A DNA stretch of 64,000 nucleotides from a virus (IMGVR_UViG_3300015262_000003:39242-103241), one strand, 5' to 3'; positions 9,121 through 18,914 are shown, counted from the first letter of the stretch. Numbers and translations: made by a program. The notes: a model not told the origin generated them from the sequence alone.

Positions 9121-10112
9121 TAGCTCACCCCAAGTTTATCCAACACAGTTTTAAGATTGACCAGTGGTTCATCAACCGTTTTCTTCATGTTTGCCATCCA
9201 CATCATTTCCTGCATGACATAGTACCAATCGATGTCAATTGGATCACCACGCCAACCGATTACAGTCTTTGGTTCTGGATACAGCATCTTGAATGTATCA
9301 ACCATTACTTGGAAGCATTCTTTATCAGTTGTACAGCCTACCAGAGCTTTGTATGCACTCTTACTGGCCCACTTAGTATCAGAGAAGCAATTGGCTGCAT
9401 AGTTGTCAATGGTGTCTTCGGAAATCATCTGATAGTACATGTGAATACGACCTTCACCACGCACATTCCCTTTAGCATCAAGGAACAAATGACCAAGCTT
9501 TGCACAGTTAACAATACCACGTTCACGGCGATTGATGTCATAAACATTGACTGGTGTTCCCCAAGCATCTTTATCTTCAATGATCACAAACTTATGAGGT
9601 TGACGATAAGCAGCACAAACAATCATGTCATCTGCTTCAATACCTGTGATGATTTCAGCATTAAACTTCTTCTCCAAGTATTCAGTTACAGCATCTAGAG
9701 CCAATGGTTTAGCACTTGGATCACGATCCTTATACTTCTGAAGTGTACTAACTTCCTCACGGAAACTAGCACCAGCGCCAAGATAAGCTTCGAATGTTTT
9801 AGCACCAGTGATAAGTAAATCACCTTCGACCATTAATTTAGCTGTGTGTAATACGTTGGCAATTGGTTCTGGAACACGAATCTCTTCAATTGTAAACTCT
9901 TCAGGCAACCAAATACTATCACGAGTTTTGTTGATTTCCGCAAGATCACCACCAGCTTTCTTTTTGTGGTGGCCCCAAAACTCTGTCTTGGTTTTATATG
10001 GTTTAGACCAACCGGATGGATGGTGAGCAACTATAGACTTCTTCTCACCTACGTGTGCAGCCGCATATTTGTAAAGATCGAGGTCTAACACTGCATGATT
10101 TGGAACTGTCAT
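9117..10112 (-). CDS. FEN-like 5'-3' exonuclease / flap endonuclease (T5 D15 / T4 RNase H family)
   Basis: 331 aa; GIEADDMIVCAAY matches the FEN catalytic E-A-D-D motif; IIEDKDAWG resembles the second acidic cluster; lies next to replication genes. Confidence 0.55.
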   Translation of the reverse strand: MTVPNHAVLDLDLYKYAAAHVGEKKSIVAHHPSGWSKPYKTKTEFWGHHKKKAGGDLAEINKTRDSIWLPEEFTIEEIRVPEPIANVLHTAKLMVEGDLLITGAKTFEAYLGAGASFREEVSTLQKYKDRDPSAKPLALDAVTEYLEKKFNAEIITGIEADDMIVCAAYRQPHKFVIIEDKDAWGTPVNVYDINRRERGIVNCAKLGHLFLDAKGNVRGEGRIHMYYQMISEDTIDNYAANCFSDTKWASKSAYKALVGCTTDKECFQVMVDTFKMLYPEPKTVIGWRGDPIDIDWYYVMQEMMWMANMKKTVDEPLVNLKTVLDKLGVSY

Positions 10113-10122
10113 TTATTACCTC

Positions 10123-10443
10123 TTAGTTATATTGTTCAAACGTAATAACTTCAGCGTCATCACCTGTCAGCTTCTTGAAGTCTGCAATCAAACCATCAAA
10201 GTCTTTATAGCTAGCTAGATGAGTTTCAAACCCAACATAATAACCACGTCCCGTGAAGTAGTTTTCACATTGAACATTCAACGGGAATCCTTGATCAGCC
10301 ATTGCTTGGATATCACCACCATAAACAGCTTCAAGTTCTCCCGGTTTCAACAAACCACAACTGATCAGGTACTGCTCAGCATCATCCTGCGAGGAACCTG
10401 CGTAAATACCAACATATGTCATCGAATCACATGATACACCCAC
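10123..10443 (-). CDS. hypothetical protein
   Basis: 106 aa ORF. Confidence 0.45.
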   Translation of the reverse strand: MGVSCDSMTYVGIYAGSSQDDAEQYLISCGLLKPGELEAVYGGDIQAMADQGFPLNVQCENYFTGRGYYVGFETHLASYKDFDGLIADFKKLTGDDAEVITFEQYN

Positions 10444-10502
10444 AATCTTTCTCCTTTATAAACAAGAAACCCTCCAACCGTTAAGTCAGAGGGTTGGGTT
10501 TC

Positions 10503-10784
10503 TTACGAGTTGTAAGATGTCAATTCTTCATATTTGGCGAATACAGCATCAGCCGATTCTTTGGTTTCTTCAAAGTTAGCTTTAGCGTGAAGACTTGCTG
10601 CTTTACCAATCAGCTTCAGTTGTTCTTTGTCGATACCTTTAGGATTCATATCTTCATCGTATTTAGCATCTGCTTTCAGCTGCTTGATGTCAGCAGCCAG
10701 AGTAAGTTTGTCGGTTTCCAATTTAACCAGACGATCAAACAATTGTTGCTCAGTAATTACTACACGTTCTTCAGTCATATTCAT
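10503..10784 (-). CDS. hypothetical coiled-coil protein
   Basis: 93 aa ORF. Confidence 0.45.
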   Translation of the reverse strand: MNMTEERVVITEQQLFDRLVKLETDKLTLAADIKQLKADAKYDEDMNPKGIDKEQLKLIGKAASLHAKANFEETKESADAVFAKYEELTSYNS

Positions 10785-10969
10785 TCCCCTTTAATCTTGT
10801 TGATATGTTTAATCATTGTGTTTGCAGAATCAACAGCATAATTGCTGTCATCATAATCAGGCGAATCGTAATCTACACATGCGCTCGGATCGAGTTTATA
10901 CTCATCCCACCAAGATTGATAAGCAGCAACCATTTCTTCAAACGTAATTGTAATCTTAGACTTACCCAT
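10781..10969 (-). CDS. hypothetical protein
   Basis: 62 aa ORF, ATGA overlap. Confidence 0.4.
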   Translation of the reverse strand: MGKSKITITFEEMVAAYQSWWDEYKLDPSACVDYDSPDYDDSNYAVDSANTMIKHINKIKGE

Positions 10970-11295
10970 TACTTAACACTCCTGTATTTGATCCGAACAA
11001 CTTCATATGGTTCAACTTCAGCGAACTCAATCTCTTCACCTTCGTATTCATATGGACGTTCATCTTGGCGCTCAGTAGCACCAGTGCGATAAGTTGTACG
11101 ATAGAACTTACCAGTGTTCAGGTCTTTATATACACGTTCGTAGATATGCGACCAGCGAGAAGTGTCGATCATCTTAGCGTGAACAAGTTCGAATTGAATT
11201 GGATAATGTTCACCAAGACCGTCACCCCAATCAGTTGTATTATGACCAACATCGAGTTCCAGTAGTTCACATGCAATTGAATTAAAGATTTTCAT
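10969..11295 (-). CDS. hypothetical protein
   Basis: 108 aa ORF. Confidence 0.45.
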   Translation of the reverse strand: MKIFNSIACELLELDVGHNTTDWGDGLGEHYPIQFELVHAKMIDTSRWSHIYERVYKDLNTGKFYRTTYRTGATERQDERPYEYEGEEIEFAEVEPYEVVRIKYRSVK

Positions 11296-11486
11296 TGTTT
11301 ACTCTCCCAAACATATACATCATCAAAACCAACCAAACCTTCTTGGCGAAGTTCATCCCAAGATTCATCAATACCGTAAGCAACAGTTCGATCCATTACC
11401 CAAGCAATCGCATCTTCTTTGGTTTTGAAGATTACATCAGATTGACCGATATCCCACTCACACCAAATAGTGACATATGACTTCAT
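11292..11486 (-). CDS. hypothetical protein
   Basis: 64 aa ORF. Confidence 0.4.
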   Translation of the reverse strand: MKSYVTIWCEWDIGQSDVIFKTKEDAIAWVMDRTVAYGIDESWDELRQEGLVGFDDVYVWESKQ

Positions 11487-11668
11487 CCAATCACCACATT
11501 TGTGATTATGAAATTATTATTACCATGATCGTTATACATCTTTTGGAGTTGTTTTACAAAACTTGCAGCACTTGGGTACTTGCAATCAATACCAAACTCA
11601 GTTGACTCGGTGAAATACCTATACTCGTCATCTTCAAGTCGTTGAACAAACACAATTACACTTTTCAT
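11483..11668 (-). CDS. hypothetical protein
   Basis: 61 aa ORF. Confidence 0.4.
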   Translation of the reverse strand: MKSVIVFVQRLEDDEYRYFTESTEFGIDCKYPSAASFVKQLQKMYNDHGNNNFIITNVVIG

Positions 11669-12291
11669 TAAACCTCCAAATGACTAAAATCAAACTGTTC
11701 ATATACAACCCAACCACCTTCTTCAACAGGACCAACCTTGTCAATCACATATGCTCCAGCTTTGAAGTAAAAAGGATATTGTTCCCACTCTGTTCGCACA
11801 GGAACTGCAATCTCCAAACCATTGAGGTTGATGTACAACATGTTGTCTTCGTCGATTTCAATGATGTATTTGAATGACTTACTCAGTGGGCAAGGTACAG
11901 ATAGAACTTTACGAGCATCATTGTTAGGAGTATCACGCATATCAACTCGTGCGACACCATTCCACCAAGTCACCATCAAGAATGGATTAGGTGCTTTCTC
12001 TGCATGAATCTGACCAACAATAACTTTACCACTAGTTGGTGCCAGTTCAACACGCACAGTACCAGACATTGTGTGTCGTTCTTCAAAGTTTGCTGTCCAA
12101 TTATGACTGACATTGGAATCTGGTAGAGTTTCACGACTCTCAGTACGAGGACTGCTACTTGAACCAGATTTACCGCCAGTTACAGAACACCAATAGTTTG
12201 TATGTCCTTTTGGATCAACCCATACTAGATTACTTGGTGGTTTATCTGGATACAAGTAAAGCTCACCGTGTGCTGTGATATTACCGAACAT
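11668..12291 (-). CDS. PL7-family (alginate lyase-like) beta-jelly-roll protein
   Basis: three PL7 signature motifs in the canonical order and spacing: RTESRE (R-x-E-x-R), GQIHAE (QIH), YFKAGAYV (YFKAGxY); no signal peptide; start assigned to an internal ATG (MKMFGN) because of a 48-aa upstream ORF. Confidence 0.5.
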   Translation of the reverse strand: MFGNITAHGELYLYPDKPPSNLVWVDPKGHTNYWCSVTGGKSGSSSSPRTESRETLPDSNVSHNWTANFEERHTMSGTVRVELAPTSGKVIVGQIHAEKAPNPFLMVTWWNGVARVDMRDTPNNDARKVLSVPCPLSKSFKYIIEIDEDNMLYINLNGLEIAVPVRTEWEQYPFYFKAGAYVIDKVGPVEEGGWVVYEQFDFSHLEV

Positions 12292-12428
12292 CTTCATCTC
12301 CACTTTCATCAAACATTGTAATTAAGTCATCAAGACATGGGACATGATCATCCAAATAACCAAGAAGGTCTTCGTAATAACGCAACCTCACTTGCACTTC
12401 TTCAAGTGAGTTGTAATCAATACACATT
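12281..12428 (-). CDS. hypothetical small acidic protein (48 aa, not in ORF track)
   Basis: manual translation MCIDYNSLEEVQVRLRYYEDLLGYLDDHVPCLDDLITMFDESGDEDVR. Confidence 0.3.
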
Positions 12429-12438
12429 CATTTCTCTC

Positions 12439-12951
12439 CTATTGTTTATCTGGATCACGACCAATTTCATTTAACCGTTTATGCTCTTTACCATGACAAC
12501 CTGTACAAAGCCAAATCACATCCAACCAATGTTCTTCTAAATAAGACCAGTGATGACCTTGAATCTTCTTTTCGGAAGTTCCACAGTGTTCACAGGAAGT
12601 TGGTTTTATGATTTTTGAATCTCTAACAGCATTTGACAAAGCATATTGAGCTTTCCGCTTATGCGGGTTTCTTTCTGACCAAGCTGTCTTTGTCGCTTGT
12701 ATCTTTTCACGAAACTCAGTGTCTTCAGCATAAAGCTGATTCACCCGCAATTTAGTTTGCTCGTTTCGTTCTTCTTTGTTTGGTCTATTACGGTCATACT
12801 CTTTGTAATATTCCAACTTACTCATTCTATTTGCATACACTTTAGCTTTACGGCAATGTTTGCATGAACTGTCCTTACCGTCTAAAGCTTTCGGATGAGC
12901 ATAAAACTCATCCTTCGCTTTTGTTAAATTACAGGACTTACAGGTTTTCAA
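12439..12951 (-). CDS. HNH homing endonuclease with N-terminal zinc ribbon
   Basis: 170 aa; CKSC..CKHC N-terminus; C-terminal CEHCG...GHHWSY...CTGCHGKEH HNH motif. Confidence 0.7.
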   Translation of the reverse strand: MKTCKSCNLTKAKDEFYAHPKALDGKDSSCKHCRKAKVYANRMSKLEYYKEYDRNRPNKEERNEQTKLRVNQLYAEDTEFREKIQATKTAWSERNPHKRKAQYALSNAVRDSKIIKPTSCEHCGTSEKKIQGHHWSYLEEHWLDVIWLCTGCHGKEHKRLNEIGRDPDKQ

Positions 12952-13998
12952 TTAGATCATATGCAGAAACATACGACCTTCTTGCAGACCGATTGGAGCA
13001 AATGGAATGTCCGAGAAATCATCGAAGTCCAATGGAGCCGGTGCTTGTTCTTGGCGCGGAACAGACTGAGCTACTGGTTTTTCTTCAGCTGGCTTTTGTG
13101 TACCACCAGCTTTAATACGACCAATTTCAATCAGTGCCTTCTGAACATCACTACCCTCAAAGTTGGTAGCCAGCGACATAGTGTTGATGATGCTCTGACG
13201 AAGATTCTTCAATACAGCATGGTCTTGTGGACCTTTGAAGTTAACACCATATACATACTTTGGATCAAGTGTCGGGATCAACTTCTGCATTGCTTTTGGT
13301 ACTTGACCATTCAGCTTGACGTTTTCATTGAAGTAAGATTTACCTTTGCTATCTTTCTTAGCAACGTCAACTTCAAACAGAGCAGCTTTACCAAGCAACT
13401 TACCCAAGTAAGCAGGTTTCAGCAAACCTTGATCATCCAGAACACCACCAACAGCTTGTGCCAGCTTGTACAGAATGGTGTTGCTCTTAATGCTCCAAGC
13501 ACCTTCGTTATGAGTTTCTTTCAGGCTGAAGGATTTACCAACAGTCTTCATTTTCAAATCTTTACGATAGAACTCATTACCCAACACCATCCGATATGGA
13601 TGTTCTTCACCATTGTCAACTTCATCAAAGAACTGAGATTGATTGACCATAATTTCTGGATTATCAACAGTCAGAGTAACTTCTTGACAAGGTTTAACTT
13701 CCCAACGTTTGTAACGAGTTGGAACGCCTTTGTCATTCGGAAGAGTTTCAAAGTATTGAAGTGGATTCTTTTCAAGCTCTGCTTTCTCAGTTGATTCGTC
13801 CCCTTTCCATTCCATCTTGGCATCTTCTTGTTTCTGAAGACCCAAGTCAATCAGACCGCTGACAATGAAGATCATTGCTTCTGGACCTTCACCTGTACCA
13901 ACTTTATCAATCAGGTAAGTTTCACGTGCAGCGTAATCAATCTGCTTACCATCACCAGTTGGTGCATTTTCAACGTTCAGTTGGAATTCATAGCTCAT
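12952..13998 (-). CDS. ssb: single-stranded DNA-binding protein with acidic DFDDFSDIPF tail
   Basis: 348 aa; the C-terminus carries the SSB-type acidic motif DFDDFSDIPF but continues 15 more residues (APIGLQEGRMFLHMI) before a stop abutting the HNH gene. Confidence 0.55.
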   Translation of the reverse strand: MSYEFQLNVENAPTGDGKQIDYAARETYLIDKVGTGEGPEAMIFIVSGLIDLGLQKQEDAKMEWKGDESTEKAELEKNPLQYFETLPNDKGVPTRYKRWEVKPCQEVTLTVDNPEIMVNQSQFFDEVDNGEEHPYRMVLGNEFYRKDLKMKTVGKSFSLKETHNEGAWSIKSNTILYKLAQAVGGVLDDQGLLKPAYLGKLLGKAALFEVDVAKKDSKGKSYFNENVKLNGQVPKAMQKLIPTLDPKYVYGVNFKGPQDHAVLKNLRQSIINTMSLATNFEGSDVQKALIEIGRIKAGGTQKPAEEKPVAQSVPRQEQAPAPLDFDDFSDIPFAPIGLQEGRMFLHMI

Positions 13999-14119
13999 TA
14001 ATTATTTCCTCTTTTGCGATTAATAGTTTTGTCTCAAGGACGGTTTACTTCAGTTTTGCAGGTTATTATCCTTTCGAATAATCCACCATTTTACAACAGT
14101 GTTACGGGAATTGCAAGCT

Positions 14120-14383
14120 TTATTCAATCTCCATCGGAATCAAGAAAGCTCGCTTGATATTGCTGATTGCATACTTATATCGGTAATCACTGATTGTATT
14201 CGTCACAGCCAACATCTTACCAATAATCTCAATCGATTGTACAGGACTAATAAAGTCACGAGGAATATTACCACGTTTATATTCAATGTACAATTCAAAC
14301 TTTACATCACCATCAAACTCTTGAAAGACATCACCACCTTTCAGATTGATTTGCGGGAAAGGACATGCTTGTTTACTTTTCAC
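14120..14383 (-). CDS. hypothetical protein
   Basis: 87 aa ORF. Confidence 0.45.
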   Translation of the reverse strand: MKSKQACPFPQINLKGGDVFQEFDGDVKFELYIEYKRGNIPRDFISPVQSIEIIGKMLAVTNTISDYRYKYAISNIKRAFLIPMEIE

Positions 14384-14537
14384 TCTTCTTCCTCATTCTG
14401 GTCATTGTTATAAGCGCGCATCAATACATCATAACTTGAGTGAGGATACAACGAAAAGTCTTCTTCAGTGAGACTTGTCAGGTTATAAATCTCTTCCCAT
14501 GACAAGGATTTACCAAGCACTTTAACATATTCGTTAT

Positions 14538-14732
14538 TCATTTATTATCCTCTTGTTCAAGCCAGTTACAGAGCCATTGAATCAGCTTACCCACATCTTC
14601 CTTGTCCATGTCCACAGTGTTGCAATCAATCCTTACCCAACCCGGATCACCAAAGTTTGCACGATCAGTTGCACGAATTGCAACAACTTCTTTATCAAAC
14701 TCGTTGATATAGTTTACGATCAAGTCTTCCAT
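14538..14732 (-). CDS. hypothetical protein
   Basis: 64 aa ORF. Confidence 0.4.
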   Translation of the reverse strand: MEDLIVNYINEFDKEVVAIRATDRANFGDPGWVRIDCNTVDMDKEDVGKLIQWLCNWLEQEDNK

Positions 14733-14917
14733 TATTCACCTACAACGTCAAGTGTACCCGGCTCGTATGAATTACCATTATCCCACTTTACTTCAAACCA
14801 ACCATCCGCTGCCAGAAAGCTTACAGTACCAATGGTATCACGAGGATTACTGTCATCTTCATCGTAAGCTTTAAAACCACTTTCGTTAATCATTACACGT
14901 TGACCAATCGAATACAT
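14732..14917 (-). CDS. hypothetical protein
   Basis: 61 aa ORF. Confidence 0.4.
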   Translation of the reverse strand: MYSIGQRVMINESGFKAYDEDDSNPRDTIGTVSFLAADGWFEVKWDNGNSYEPGTLDVVGE

Positions 14918-14937
14918 GGTGAATCTCCTAATTAAGA

Positions 14938-15237
14938 TTAAGCCAGCAGGTTTGCGAAGCGGGATTTAACACGTTCCAGACGGGACAGAGACTCACCAGC
15001 TTGAGTTGCTTTGTTCTGGTGGAATTCAGCTTGTTGACGATGTTCTTCAACTTGAGCTTCGATGGTAGCAGTTGCTTGATCCAATTTAGCTTGAGCATCT
15101 GTGAACGCTTGCAGAGCATCATTCAGGATTACATCGTGGGATTTAGGTTGTTTAACACCCAAACCAAGACCAGCGAGAAAGGTTTTACCAGTACCAGTTG
15201 TACCGATGATTGGTTCAAAACGAGTAGTGTTAGTCAT
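14938..15237 (-). CDS. small P-loop motif protein (GTTGTGKT) with helical tail
   Basis: 99 aa; N-terminal Walker A-like GTTGTGKT followed by a coiled-coil-like region; possibly a truncated ATPase. Confidence 0.35.
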   Translation of the reverse strand: MTNTTRFEPIIGTTGTGKTFLAGLGLGVKQPKSHDVILNDALQAFTDAQAKLDQATATIEAQVEEHRQQAEFHQNKATQAGESLSRLERVKSRFANLLA

Positions 15238-15268
15238 GTTGTGTTTCTCCTTAGATAGATTATGGATA

Positions 15269-15604
15269 TTACGATTTAACAGTTTGTTTTACAACTTCAA
15301 TTTGAGCCTGTAATTCTACTAGCTGCTGGTTCAGCTTGTCAAGCTCTTTTTCTTGTGGTGTTTTCTCTGGTTTTTGAAACAACATAGATTCCCATTCAGC
15401 ATAGTAACTATTGTAGTCAATGGTTTGTTTATAAGTCTTTTCATATACAAGACTATCATATTTGATTCGATCTTTATCAAGGACACCTTGAAGTGTTTCG
15501 AACAAATCACAGTATGGTCCATTCACCACACCGAGGATTGCATAAAGCTTTGCAGCTTGAGCACCTGAAATCTCAAGATGAATTTTACTATCTTTGTTAA
15601 TCAC
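15269..15604 (-). CDS. hypothetical protein
   Basis: 111 aa ORF. Confidence 0.45.
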   Translation of the reverse strand: MINKDSKIHLEISGAQAAKLYAILGVVNGPYCDLFETLQGVLDKDRIKYDSLVYEKTYKQTIDYNSYYAEWESMLFQKPEKTPQEKELDKLNQQLVELQAQIEVVKQTVKS

Positions 15605-15855
15605 TTTGATTCTTCTCCTTCCTCAAGTCGTTCAATACCATTCTCTAGAGCGTTCAATACAGCAGTGAAACGATCTTCATTCTGACTAATCGCAAGGACT
15701 ACAATTTTGTCAGGATAATTCAGGAAAGCTGTTGCAATTGTCAACTCACCATTGATTTGTTCCATCAATGAGATTTGCATATCTTCAGCAATCGAATACA
15801 ACTCAATGAATCGTGGATCTTCTTCAGTTTGTTTTATTACAGCATTGAGTTCCAT
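15601..15855 (-). CDS. hypothetical protein
   Basis: 84 aa ORF with RBS GGAGAG. Confidence 0.45.
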   Translation of the reverse strand: MELNAVIKQTEEDPRFIELYSIAEDMQISLMEQINGELTIATAFLNYPDKIVVLAISQNEDRFTAVLNALENGIERLEEGEESK

Positions 15856-15919
15856 GCATATCTCTCCGTTTGTTTAGGTGGTTAATTGTGGCCCTTTCGA
15901 GCCACGTTGTCAACCGTTA

Positions 15920-18145
15920 TTACACATCAATTTCAAGTTCATCATTTAGGTCACTGTCACCCATGATGGCGTCAATCAGCTTTTTGGCTTCTTGAACGTA
16001 GTAATCATAGTTCACTCCCCACTTGAAGTCAACCATATTATTGCACGGTGTCACATTCCACTCCTTGTCGATGCTCAGACGGCGATAACCATCATCCAAG
16101 CTGCCATCTGCTTTCAAACCGCCCGGTACAAAACTAGCTAAAGGCGGCATGATCTTGATCAGCTTACCACCTTCAACCGAAGGATAATACCGGCAAATGT
16201 TCTGCAACGCAATCTCTTCTGGAATCCCTGTCACGTCATCCATCACTTCCATAACCAGCCGTGAGGAACGCGGAACCTTCGTGCGCAGCATGAAATCATA
16301 TTCATCCTTGTGATTACGAATGAAATCTTCAGCCTTGCCTTCACCCAGCAATTCATGTACAGCAGCCATCTTGATTACCAGAGCTGATTGGTTTTTATGC
16401 CAATCAAGTTTCTTGTATTCATAGGCACCTTTACGCTTGATATCACCAGATTCAAACACAGCAATATAGTTGTTGACGTTGGCAGCCATCATCTTCTGAT
16501 AAACATCACCTTCCATTGTCAATCCTGTGAGAGTTTCCCACTCAGCAACCAATGAGTCAATCTTTTCTTTCTGTGTTTCATCAGCAATGAATTCAAAACC
16601 ATCGGTGTTACACATGATTACTTCTGCACCAACTTCACGAATCAATGTTTCCATCAACATACACAACAGCAATTGACCATTGATCGTAATCGACATCATA
16701 AATTGTGGATCGAACATAGGACTGAATTCATCACCAGATGCACCATATGTACCGTTCAGAGCAAGCTTCAAAGCCTTATTCATTGCATGTTCTTTGTCGT
16801 AACTCGTGCGTTCGTTATACAACCCTTCATACACTTGGCAGAACAGAATGTCGAGGTGTTCAGGGTAGATTTTGTTACGAATACTCAGGTTTGGATAATA
16901 CGACTTCACATCGAGTGTGTAAATCTTCTTACCATTTCCAGATACACTTACACCTTTCTTGCATCCATGAATACCACCAGTACCGAAGTCATAACGGAAT
17001 CCATCGATCACCACGTTCAAGGTTTCAGAGATGTTCCAGCAAAACCAATAACTCTTGGCACCTTTTGGACTCTTCAACTCTTTCTCTTCAATCCAACCCA
17101 ACGGATGGTGTAGAAGCATTTGGTCAATGTGTTCCTGAGTTGGAACATACCGTTTGTTCTTCTTATCGTTTGGATCGTTCATCTTAGAACGCTTGACGAT
17201 CATTTCAGCATACTTGGCCACTTCACCAAGATGGTGTTCTTCAAGATCAGAGAATACACCATTTGTCTCTTTGATTGTTTGAGCAGCAAACCAATTAAGA
17301 ATGGCAGTAAACTCAGGACGATCAAACTTGACATAAGGCAGTAAGCAATCACGCAAACGAATCTTAGAGCGTTTAGTTTGCTGAATCTTCTTAGTCTGAC
17401 CACCTTTACCATTGGACACCATTTTGTAGCAGCAACCGGGACGATTCTTCTCCAGACGGTTGACAAACAGTTCTTTACCCAGTTTTGTGTCGTTGTAGTT
17501 TGTGCAATCAAATCCGAAGGTCTGAGTCAGCTCACTACGCAAACGAATTGCATCTAGACTGTGACGATAAAACTTCAGTGTTTCAGTTACATCCTTCTTG
17601 TTATAATGGATCAAAATATCCATTTCTTCTTCAGTAAGTATCGTACCTACAGGATATGGTAAGTCTGCAATACTATCACTTCTCATGTTAAATTCCAACA
17701 TTTTCAGTGATGTTGAACGAGCAGAGTTATCAAAATGATGAATCTTGAACAAATCAACTTGTTTGATTTTAACTTCAGATGCACGGATGTTTGAACCAAA
17801 CCGATTGAATTTCATCGAGTCGATAATCCCTTGTGCAACCTTGTAAATCTCAAGTGGTGTAATCTGTAAAGCAACACCAGACTTTTTAGCAGCAATAGAT
17901 TTCTCAAGAATATGATGCAACACCGGGTAGTCAAACCCAAGGCCATTAAACGTAACCATCCTATGACCAGAAGTCACCATCTTACGAAGAAATTCTAGCA
18001 TCTCTTCTACTTCATTCTTACGTGTACTAATTTCAAATACACGCATCCCTTTACCGCTTGCATAGCAAGCGGCGATACTAAATATATTCGGGTAAGTCTC
18101 GATGTCCGCTATCCAGTCTCCAACAACAAAATCATCCGACGACAT
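15920..18145 (-). CDS. DNA polymerase, family B (short form, about 741 aa) with 3'-5' exonuclease
   Basis: Exo I DIETYPN, Exo II FNGLGFDYPVL, pol motif A LDVKSYYPNL, motif B KLALNGTYGASG, motif C IMCNTDGFEF; ATG at 18145 has an AAGGAG SD (the ORF-track start at 18151 is GTG). Confidence 0.75.
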   Translation of the reverse strand: MSSDDFVVGDWIADIETYPNIFSIAACYASGKGMRVFEISTRKNEVEEMLEFLRKMVTSGHRMVTFNGLGFDYPVLHHILEKSIAAKKSGVALQITPLEIYKVAQGIIDSMKFNRFGSNIRASEVKIKQVDLFKIHHFDNSARSTSLKMLEFNMRSDSIADLPYPVGTILTEEEMDILIHYNKKDVTETLKFYRHSLDAIRLRSELTQTFGFDCTNYNDTKLGKELFVNRLEKNRPGCCYKMVSNGKGGQTKKIQQTKRSKIRLRDCLLPYVKFDRPEFTAILNWFAAQTIKETNGVFSDLEEHHLGEVAKYAEMIVKRSKMNDPNDKKNKRYVPTQEHIDQMLLHHPLGWIEEKELKSPKGAKSYWFCWNISETLNVVIDGFRYDFGTGGIHGCKKGVSVSGNGKKIYTLDVKSYYPNLSIRNKIYPEHLDILFCQVYEGLYNERTSYDKEHAMNKALKLALNGTYGASGDEFSPMFDPQFMMSITINGQLLLCMLMETLIREVGAEVIMCNTDGFEFIADETQKEKIDSLVAEWETLTGLTMEGDVYQKMMAANVNNYIAVFESGDIKRKGAYEYKKLDWHKNQSALVIKMAAVHELLGEGKAEDFIRNHKDEYDFMLRTKVPRSSRLVMEVMDDVTGIPEEIALQNICRYYPSVEGGKLIKIMPPLASFVPGGLKADGSLDDGYRRLSIDKEWNVTPCNNMVDFKWGVNYDYYVQEAKKLIDAIMGDSDLNDELEIDV

Positions 18146-18914
18146 GCACACTCCTTACTTTCTTTTTGAAATAACCATTAGACTCAATCCAATCAAGGAA
18201 GGTTAGAACTGATTTATACGCTAATTCTTCATCATCAAATCTACCAATGAATTTATTAATCAACTTTCCGTCATCAGTTTCACGATATGAAACCATACTT
18301 CTCCACTTATCTCTACTATTGTCCCAACTTACACCATAATAATCAGATGTCTTATTTCTACGAAGACATCTACTAATCGGTGATTTATTCTTCAGAGATT
18401 CACTAAATTTCAATGCTTCAATATCACCCTTTTCAATCTTTATTGCTTTTATATTATTATACAATTCAGCAGCGAGTTGTTTATCTTCAAGGTTGAAGTT
18501 ACCAAGTGCGCAGGTTTCACCATTCAATGAAATTTGTACAGTCCAACACTTTGAAACTTCTGACCAGCAAACTCCCATTTCACCAGATGTGTTCGCAAGA
18601 CCAATACCCATATTATTTTGTTGAGTTCTCTTGTCTGCCCATCTTACATTACTTTTTGTATATCCTTTATCATTTTCAATTCGATCCAGAGTTTTACCTT
18701 CAGGTCTATCACCGACATCGATCAAGAATGTGACAAACCCTGTCGGACTATCCCATCTCCAAGAATAATCTATAGTCACACCACGACCACCATACCGATG
18801 ATATGCTTTATGGTCAGGGTCATAACACCTGACGTTCATCATTCTCCAAGTTACAAACAGATAATGACTTGTCGGGTTTATCATACCTCTTTGGGTTACA
18901 TATAAAACACTCAC
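18132..18914 (-). CDS. HNH (HNH_3 type) homing endonuclease with two AP2 DNA-binding domains
   Basis: 260 aa; LDRIENDKGYTKSNVRWA HNH_3-like N-terminus; AP2-like repeats GVCWSEVSKCWTVQISLNG and YYGVSWDNSRDKWRSMVSY; overlaps the polymerase start by 14 nt. Confidence 0.65.
   Translation of the reverse strand: MSVLYVTQRGMINPTSHYLFVTWRMMNVRCYDPDHKAYHRYGGRGVTIDYSWRWDSPTGFVTFLIDVGDRPEGKTLDRIENDKGYTKSNVRWADKRTQQNNMGIGLANTSGEMGVCWSEVSKCWTVQISLNGETCALGNFNLEDKQLAAELYNNIKAIKIEKGDIEALKFSESLKNKSPISRCLRRNKTSDYYGVSWDNSRDKWRSMVSYRETDDGKLINKFIGRFDDEELAYKSVLTFLDWIESNGYFKKKVRSVHVVG

Noticed and set aside
12961-13794. 277-aa ORF on the + strand
   Set aside because: Antisense shadow of the SSB gene; hydrophobic low-complexity translation.
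16673-17187. 146- and 149-aa ORFs on the + strand within the polymerase gene
   Set aside because: Antisense shadows with His/Cys-rich low-complexity sequence.
15920-18145. Looked for inteins or group I introns interrupting the DNA polymerase, NrdA/NrdB and primase-helicase genes
   Set aside because: All catalytic motifs are collinear in single uninterrupted ORFs of plausible length; no evidence of splicing elements.
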